A DNA stretch of 64,000 bases, taken from assembly GCF_009914755.1 (NCBI RefSeq), contig NC_060930.1; one strand, 5' to 3'. Each line of letters begins with the position of its first letter. The first letter of the stretch is position 1. Positions 55,142 to 64,000 of this stretch are shown here, piece by piece. The position numbers and the translations under genes were made by a program. Below the pieces are notes generated by a model. That model saw nothing but the letters and a program-made list of their open reading frames with translations. It was not told the origin of the DNA and made no database searches. This DNA comes from the human T2T-CHM13v2.0 reference genome, Homo sapiens.

Positions 55142-55724
55142 CAGGAGGTCCTCAAGTACTGTTTCATTACACGCCGTTTCTTTATAACATTGATGAGAAG
55201 GAAAATTGATTCCCGGTCCAGGCCACTGTCTGTGTAGAGTTCACACATTCTTCCCATGTCTGCGTGGGTTTTCTGCAGGTTCTCTGGTTTCCTCCCACAT
55301 CCCAAAGCTGTGCATGCTAGCTGGCGTTTCTGAGTGGTCCCAGTCTCAGTGAGGGTGGGGGTATGTGAGCCAGTGCTGAGATGGGATGGCGTCCCGTCCA
55401 CTGCTGGCTCCCGCTTTGGCCACTGGATGGGCTCCGGCCACCCACAGCCTTGAAGTGGAATACGCGGGTAAATAATCATCTTACTTATTTTATTAATCTT
55501 TCTTAAATGTATGTATAGTTCACTTTAATTTCAATGTTTATTAGTAGAAATGTTTTCATCTTTATTTGGAAATTGGTGATGTATTTGTGATGAGAAATAT
55601 GCCATGGGAACTTAATTCTTGTTACATTAATTCACCTATGGTAAAATTGGTTTTGTTATACGTTGTTTCACTTAAGGTCACAGTTTCCAAGAAGCTCTCG
55701 GCCATGTTAAGTGAGGACATACTA
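55142..55724 (+). mobile_element. MER6A non-autonomous TcMar-Tigger DNA transposon
   Basis: TA|CAGGAGGTCCTC...GTGAGGACATACT termini, ~580 bp, internal GGCCACTGTCTGTGTAGAGTT..TGTCTGCGTGGGTTTTCT..GGTTTCCTCCCACATCCCAAAG. Confidence 0.88.
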
Positions 55725-55852
55725 CACTTCAAAAAAAATAGAAGAGAAAAGAAAAAAAAGTCATCCGCCATCCTCTATTTCCTCCCCAGCCTTGTTCTGG
55801 GTAAGGGATGAATCTAGGAAGTTTTGCCATTTGACACACACAAAAAGTCAAC

Positions 55853-56266
55853 TTTTTAAAATTTTATTTTTTTTAAATTTTTATGGGTACATAGTAGTTG
55901 TATATATTTATGGGGTACATGAGCTATTTTGATACAGGCATGTAATGCATAACAATCATATCAGTGTAAATGGGTATTCATTATCTGAAGCCTTTATCCT
56001 TTGTGTCACAAACAATCCAATTATATTCTTTCAGTTTTTTAAAACTGTGCAACAAATTATTCTTGACTGTAGTCATCCTATTGTGCTATCAAATACTAGA
56101 TCTTACTTGTTCCGTCAATCTGTATTTTTGTAGCCATTAACTATCCCCACTCTCCTCCAACTCACCCTACCATCACTCAACTCTCTATCTCTATGGGTTT
56201 GTTTTAATTTTTAGCTCCCGCAAATAAGTGAGAACATGAAAAGTTTGTCTTTCCAAGTCTGGCTTG
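55853..56266 (-). mobile_element. L1MA (MA2-like) 3' end
   Basis: T-rich tail followed by GGGTACATAGTAGTTGTATATATTTATGGGGTACATGAG...CAAATAAGTGAGAACATG. Confidence 0.88.
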
Positions 56267-59200
56267 TGTTTAATAACAAATTATGAAGCATGCTTTGAAA
56301 GAATATCAGTGTAAACAAGCCAGAGTCCAACCACATTCATTTTTTATGATGGTAAGGTCATTTCCTTGAACCATGTAACTACACTTCCAGCACTGTAGTT
56401 GACATTCTCTCTGTTAGGACTCCTTAAATGCTCTGAATCACACTGTTCTACATTTTCAACACAAAACAATTTAAATTTCTCTTGTATTTTACTGTTAAAA
56501 TAATAATTACCCCCTAAAAATAATGAACTATTCAAATGAGTCAATAATAAAGTTACCAATTTAATTAAATAAATGGATTCTAGATAAATCAAAATATAAA
56601 TTATATTAATCTTTTATATTTTATTGGTAAGATTATAAGTTTTCTACCATTAAAAATGCAGGCTATAATAAATGTCAAAATCTCTAGAAACTAACTGAAA
56701 TACAACAAAAATAACATTCAAAATGAACACTTGAAGATTATAGACTCATTCCAATTCATATCAATCATATTTGTAAACTTCTGAAAAATCTAAAGTCCTC
56801 AAAATAGTTAAGTGTAATTGACCAACAGAAAGATCATTTGGGGTTTTCCTTTTATTCAATTCAAGATGATCACATGATACATTCCAATTTTCAGTAGAAA
56901 CTATTGCATTAGGCAAACTATTTAAATATTAACAAGTTTTCATCAAATATTAACTTTAAACACATTAGAGATCATTTCTAAAAGATACAATAATTTAAAA
57001 TAATACAGTTATGGTGGAATATAATTAGTGGCACTTAGTGATAAGTGATTTTACTCCACATTACATATTCTAGAGGGAACAGAAAGGAATATTTTTGTGT
57101 GTGATAAAATTTACCTAAAGTCTGATCAGCGTTTCAGAATTTTCCTCAGCCTTCACAGAATATGCTCTCATTCAGGCACTATTAAGTGTACTGAGAAATT
57201 CAAATGTAATTTTTACAATTCTCCAGAAACAAAAATAAGGGATAGTTCACTAATAATAGTGGCTTACAGCTTAAAATAGTTGTATGTTTGTCAATATTTC
57301 TATGTAATTCTGAAAGAGACTAATGTTGGCATTTCACTGAAAATATGTGAGCAAAGATATTTATTTCCATTTATTATTGCTTTCTACTTCCAAAATTGCT
57401 AAGTTCATTTGCAAGCTGTTTGACAAAAACATGGGACTTTCAAATCAAATATTGTAGGAGGAAACACAACCATATTATCATTACTACTTTATAATACAAA
57501 CATAGTACAAAAGACACTTATTGAAAGCTCAAAGAAATTTAACCTCAAGTCAGCAAAATAAAATTTGACCAGGATCTTACAGTTTGTAAAGTCTTATTTC
57601 TAAAAAGCTTCATCTTGAATAATAAAGTCCCACATCTTACCACCAGAGATTTGATTTGGCATTAACTGAACACATATTTTTCTTCTTTGTTCTTAAACTA
57701 ATTTCTAACCTAGAGCATTAGCTTCATGTTTTTCCTTCTGTAAACTTTATAACTGATGCTGCTAATTACAATAACAGGGCATATCTGTGGAGTTAACCAA
57801 AGCAATCTAAAATATTTGTGATTTACCTGATCTTGCTTAATCACAGTTTGAAAAAATTGGTCATGGCAAAATTTTTTTGCAGATATATATTTAGTTCTTA
57901 ATTTACTGAAACTGAGTTTCTATGCGATAGCAATTTTTTTTTTCTTCAGAATTATCTAGTGTTACTTGGTTGACTCTTGAGCTTCATGTTAACATGGTAA
58001 GAAAAAACTGCTTTGCTAATCTCTTTGACCTGGAGTAACTGCAAAGCTAAGTCCTTATAATATTACAAGGCTGAGCTTATGTCCAAACTAGAAATTTCAG
58101 GTGTTTCAAATGCAGTACTTGAATTTTCAGCTTCTTTAATGGAAATGCAACATTACCACGATGCAAGAAGACATTAACAACAATATATTTCCAAGACATG
58201 CTTTTACATTCTAAGGTTATTATCATAAACATTTAAAAATATACATCATTCAACACAATAGATAATGAATTTAAGTTCCTAAGAGACTTGTTTTCCCATT
58301 GATTATGAATGAAACCCATTATAATTGATGGTGACTGTGTATCCACCTCAATGAGCAGCTTTGCTCTTTTTCATGTATGCATCTGGACTTAGGTTATTTA
58401 AAAGTTATTTTTTCACATTTAGATAACTCAGATGTCTCAATGACTGCTTCACATTTGTAAATCAATAAACAACCTCAAATACTACTGTTTTTTTTTTTTC
58501 AAAATTTAATTACTAGTATACTCTCTTGGTTGACAGTTGCATGTAATCTTTATTCTCATCAAGAAGGTTTATTAGACATGTGAAGTGTACAAGTAATAAA
58601 AAGCATAAAACAATATCAGTATTCTGCTAGAATTATTTACCTTGGCAATTCAATGTTAATTTTGACATCTATCAACCCCATCCCATAACGACAACTTTCC
58701 TTTCCTTTACCCTTCAGATAAGTTTATCTATGCCATGGGAATATTAAATTGCTTCTTTGCAAGAACACTTAATCATCCTCTGTACTACACAGCCAATTTT
58801 AAGATCTTTGGTGATAGATTGTCCTAGTCTTGGACTTGATTGTTCTTAATCTGTTCTCTATTCCCCTGCTCCACTCTGTATAAGAGGAGCTCACCTCTTC
58901 GGATTGCATTTTTCATGATCCACAGCCACCTGGCTCTGGCTACCTTCAACAATGGAGACTCTGGTGAGGGTGCCTTTTGGAAGGCAGTGAGAAGAGAGAA
59001 GCCAAGGCATTCTCACCTTCATCTTTGCTGAGCAGTTTTCAAATGTGGCTTCTCTGTGGTTCCAGTTTGCATCTGACAGGCCTATGGTGGCTCAAGTACT
59101 GACAGGATGATCTCTGGTATCTAATATTATCACTCTTTATCCCTCCAATCTAAAAGTAGTAATAGCTTTCTACTATTGATAATCTCTGGATTACCCCCAT

Positions 59201-59274
59201 CACTCCTTACTTGGTTCCCCAAATCCACATTACCTCTGCAACCAATTTCCAGGATGAAATGCCCTGCTATAAAC

Positions 59275-59490
59275 ATTTTAAGTGCTTTCTGATTGCAATT
59301 TGATATATCAGTCTTACACATTATCACAGAGATATGTAATGGTATGTTGTCATTTTGATCACATGTTATATATCAGAAAATTGAGATTTAGAGATATTAA
59401 CCTGATTTTTTAATTTATGTCAACTGACAGTGGAAATTGAATATGAATTTAGATTAGTCTGTCTCTTCATCCAGTGCCTTTCAACACAGA
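59275..59490 (-). mobile_element. MIR fragment
   Basis: CAGAAAATTGAGATTTAGAGATATTAACCTGA...GTCTGTCTCTTCATCCAGTGCCTT. Confidence 0.55.
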
Positions 59491-59609
59491 GCATGTGTCT
59501 TGTATGATAATCTGTATATTGATAAGTATCTAAATTTTTCCTTACCTGAGCTAAGCCTGAAAGGATCATAATATATAGCTAGAAATATCTCATACTCCTT
59601 TACTTTGTA

Positions 59610-59960
59610 AGAAGGCTTTCTAGTGACACGGTGTGATTTATGCTTTGGAAAACAGAGTGCTGGTCTGCAGATAGCTTCTCAGGGAATGGGTGGAATCTGG
59701 GAGACCTGACAGGAGATTATGTTATAATCCGGGCAGAAGGTCATGGTGGCCTGGCCAGAGTAGTGTTGTTGGAAGGATGATAATGTTCAGATTATAGGAT
59801 ATATTTTGAAAGTAGAGACAATAGGAGGTTGGTACAAATTAAATGCAAGATTGGAGAGAATGAACTACTGCCATCAGCTGAGATGAAGAAGGCTGTGAGA
59901 AGCATACCTGCAGAGATTCAGGTGAATCATAAACAGAGTTTTACACATATTAAGTTATAT
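59610..59960 (-). mobile_element. L2 fragment
   Basis: ATAATCCGGGCAGAAGGTCATGGTGGCCTGG...GGATATATTTTGAAAGTAGAG...TGCCATCAGCTGAGATG. Confidence 0.8.
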
Positions 59961-61999
59961 TGTTACGATTAAATTGTGTCATCATGAAAACCAGCTTTCT
60001 GGTTAAGAAATGTAGCTATCATGCAAGCATCCATATGTATTATTGTAATCTAAGGAATTCAGAGAAAATTTAAACCAGTTTAACAAACCATTGGGACCAA
60101 AATCATGTCATTTGAAAAAGTCAAATTTAAAAAAAGGGACAAAATAATCAAGGATGCCTTAAAAGTCTTAGGTAATGTCACTGTGAAGGTTTCTAAATGA
60201 TGAAACAGTCCTAGGGTGACAACTTTCCCCAGCATTGAATACACAGAGAACCCACCTTGCCTCAAAGACATGAAAGCCCAACAAAACCTATGGTTTAATG
60301 CAAATTAAAGATGTACATAGTTTATAATTAAGCATAGCTTATTTTAGAAACTCAGACTAACTTGTGTGTAAATGTCTATTTTCTGCTCATTGGCTGTTAA
60401 TTTAAAAGCAGATTTTTGCCATCTTTCTACCATTTGCCCCTTTGTTGTTTTAAGCCAAGTTCTCAAATAGACAGGCAATTCCTTAAATACTGAGGTGAGT
60501 TTGCCAAAGAGTTTAGTGCAAAAATGAGTTCATATATAGTATATGACAGTCTATAAAAATGAAACCAGAGTAAAAAGAAAAAAAAACTGTACATGGAGTG
60601 CATTGCACATGGCAGTCATAATTCCAACTCAGGACTTGTATTCCCAACACACAGAATTGCCTCTCCATGCATAATTGAGGCTGTAGTTTCATTATAGGTC
60701 CTTTTACAGAGACTTTGCTTTCTAAACCACATAAAAATTAATGTTTGCTGTCAGTCTAATTAAACTATTATTAAACGTTTCCTCCTTTTATTTTGATGCT
60801 TATGGATGTTAGTAGTAGTAATATTTTGAAAATTGTATTAGCATTTTGGCATTTGAAGGCAATCTCATACCTAAAAGCATATAGCATCAAAATTTTAAAG
60901 CAAACTAAGTAAGTTGTCTTTGTTTCATAAACCCTTGTATTTAGAATTAGGAATGATTCATTCATTTACTAAAATAATTAAGGACTTCCACAAAGGATAG
61001 AAATTACTTGCAGCTGTTTTTCCCATATAGGAAATGAAGATTACCTAGAGGGTGTTGGTTTTTCATTGAAAGTGCAGATGATGGGTGGAAAATTTGCCTC
61101 TATTGTCTCTTGGAAGTGGAATCTCAGGTATGCCTCACTTAAGGCATACATATTTAATCTTCTTAAAGAAAATACCTAATTAGGACTTGCATCTTCCAGT
61201 TTGTGACCGTTTGTATATTACTGTTTGATTGAGACATGAAGCTATGTTTTCACCATTTACTATTCAGACAATATTCTAAGTATTATTTATACTGCAATGT
61301 GAAACAAGTTGCCCCTATCTACTCTCATAAACTACACAAAAACACACACACACTCACACAAACAAAGCACATTACAACTTAATTATGCTAAAACTTGGTA
61401 AAGATAATGGTTTCTTATTAAAGCCTAATAAGTACTATCCTTCCTTAACACTCCGTGAAATATAAATGTAGCTTAAAAATAAGAATATATTTGTAATTGC
61501 TCAAAAAGAAAAGAGAATTATATGATGCCATAAACCTCAAAAAGTGATGACAAAGGGCAAAAAGAGCAGAATTTAGAGGTTCATGTCATTACTTCTAACT
61601 TTACTCCCATGTTCCCCTGCTTAAAGATGTGATGGCTTAAAAATGTGGTTACAATATAAAATATTTGGTCTGTAAAAGTTAGTTCAGAGAGGCAATTAAA
61701 CAGTTCTCAGAAGAAAGTTAAGGAGATGCTTAACAAATTACATTAGTACACTGAGAAACGCTGGGCAAAATTCTCTAAATATCACAAAAAACAAACAAAA
61801 TGACATAGGAAATATGTAACTATACTGTGAAATTAACAAATTTTTAAAAATTATTACTCAGTCTAGGAAAAAAATGTAAACCAAAGAATAGAAGGTGTGA
61901 TTGAAACTACTATTGTACAACAGGGTCCAGTTTCCTTCCATACATGAAACTCCAGCTAAGGACCACATTGCCCTTGCAATCAATTGTGGGCATCTGTTT

Positions 62000-62335
62000 A
62001 TAATTAAGCCATTGCTAATGGAATGAACAGATATAACATATGGAATGTATGCCTCTCTTGCTAAAGGGAAAATCTCTCTCCCTGGGGACATGTATTTTTT
62101 TTTTTAACTTCTGCCTTAGAGGACTGTCAAAGACTAAAACAAACCTGAAAGCTATGTGTGGAAGATCCAGAGCCATATTTATTTCAAGTCCCTGAATGTT
62201 AATGTGGAGAGCCACCTGTCAAGCTGGGACATCCACCCCGAGTCATTAAATAAAAGGAAAATAAACTTATGTCTTGTTTAAACAATTATATTTTGAGATT
62301 TTCTTTATTATTGGATCTAATAAGCCCCTAATTAG
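62000..62335 (+). mobile_element. MLT1J-like LTR fragment
   Basis: AAGCTATGTGTGGAAGATCCAGAGCCA..GTCCCTGAATG..GTGGAGAG..AAATAAACTTATGTCTTGTTTAAAC. Confidence 0.55.
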
Positions 62336-62379
62336 CTCAAATGGGTTATTTCCCAGAGAGCTTGGTGTAGTCGAACAGG

Positions 62380-63076
62380 TAAATAAGAACATGAAATTAG
62401 TAAAAGAAACATAAAAACACGTACATTAAAAAAGATAATAACTTTTTTTAAAGTACTACAGAGTTAAGCGAATAAATTGCCAAAATAAAAGGAGAACTAG
62501 TAGATTTAGAAACAAAGGAACAGGATAGAAAAAAATGACATGGAAATTCTGATATTGAAGTAAGCCCTGAAATAACCATAATGAATGCAGATAAATTAAA
62601 GCAGTTAGAGAGAAGATAATAGTTGGGCAATTCAGATAACACATCAGGAAAATTTATGAAGCAGATAACATAGAATGAGAAATTATTCAATTATGCAGGG
62701 TATAAAAAAGATGCCTGAAATGAAGGAAGAAGGCATCAGTAGACTTGTGTGGCACATTATTTTCTAGGAAAAGTTTGATATGGTAGAGTTAACAGTGGGT
62801 CATCTTCAAACTGTATTATTAAACCCTGAGAATAAAGAGAGGGTTTTTAGTCATCCTGGCAGATTAATAAAAATACTTAAAGGAAGAAAGAAAAATAAGG
62901 CTTATATGGGACTTCATAACATTCGATACCAGAAAATAATAAATCTATGTACACAAAGTTCTGAAAGAAATCAACAGGCACCAAAGACTCCTTGGACACT
63001 GGCCAAAATATAACTCAATTACAAAACAAGAGAGATATTTTCTCAAATATTAACTTATTAAGAAAATACAGCTCTT
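62380..63076 (+). mobile_element. Old HAL1/L1M ORF1-like relic
   Basis: Strong A-rich bias with degenerate L1 ORF1-like segments; likely continues after the Alu to the window end. Confidence 0.45.
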
Positions 63077-63545
<469 letters not shown>

Positions 63546-63734
63546 CTATGATCGCTTTGTGAAAAAAACTCCCAAATGTTATACAAAGTCAATCAACACA
63601 TGAACAAAATATAAAAACTGCAGTGAAAATATTGGCATAAGGAGAATCAAAATTAAGCATCATATATACATACATACATATGTATCTGTGTGTTTGTATA
63701 CACATACCTGTGTGTATATATGTATACATTATAA

Positions 63735-63900
63735 TACAAAACAACTATAGGAATAATGCTTACAAAACAACTTTAGGAATAAAGCTGACCTTTACTCCTA
63801 AAGGTGAGTAAAGGTGAGTGAAGATCACCTTCACCAAAGTGAGTAGGCATACATATATATACACATATATCACAAAACAACTATAGCAGTGATGCTTACA
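63735..63900. repeat. 26-bp unit (TACAAAACAACTATAGGAATAATGCT) x2 in tandem plus a third diverged copy
   Basis: Copies at 63735-63786 and ~63871-63900. Confidence 0.75.
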
Positions 63901-64000
63901 GAAGAGAAATAAATGCCCTGAACTGGAATAATAAAATATAATAACATAATTTATAAAATTCTTATGAGAAAGAAAGAAGTGTTAAATTATAATGTATTTC

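Overview
This is AT-rich hominid (human or great-ape) nuclear DNA, not prokaryotic sequence. It contains Alu SINEs, a young L1PA2 3' end, THE1/MLT MaLR LTRs, a HERV-L remnant, Tigger1, MER6A, MER53, and old L1M/L2/L3/MIR relics. I find no intact protein-coding gene, RNA gene or CRISPR array; the window reads as a gene desert or a very large intron. All long ORFs in the track are microsatellite artefacts or decayed transposon ORFs (HERV-L pol, Tigger1 transposase). The most interesting structures are rearrangements and repeats: a THE1B provirus with an antisense HERV-L LTR+pol piece joined through microhomology; a 5'-truncated AluY inserted in register inside an AluSc; a tail-less L1PA2; a hairpin-forming 30-bp AT minisatellite; a ~950-bp strictly alternating purine/pyrimidine tract; a perfect 22-bp inverted repeat in an ancient L1; and several templated duplications. 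A few unique, motif-rich blocks carry candidate splice sites. I cannot support a previously undescribed biological system from the sequence alone. Repeat names come from my recall of consensus sequences and should be confirmed with RepeatMasker/Dfam.
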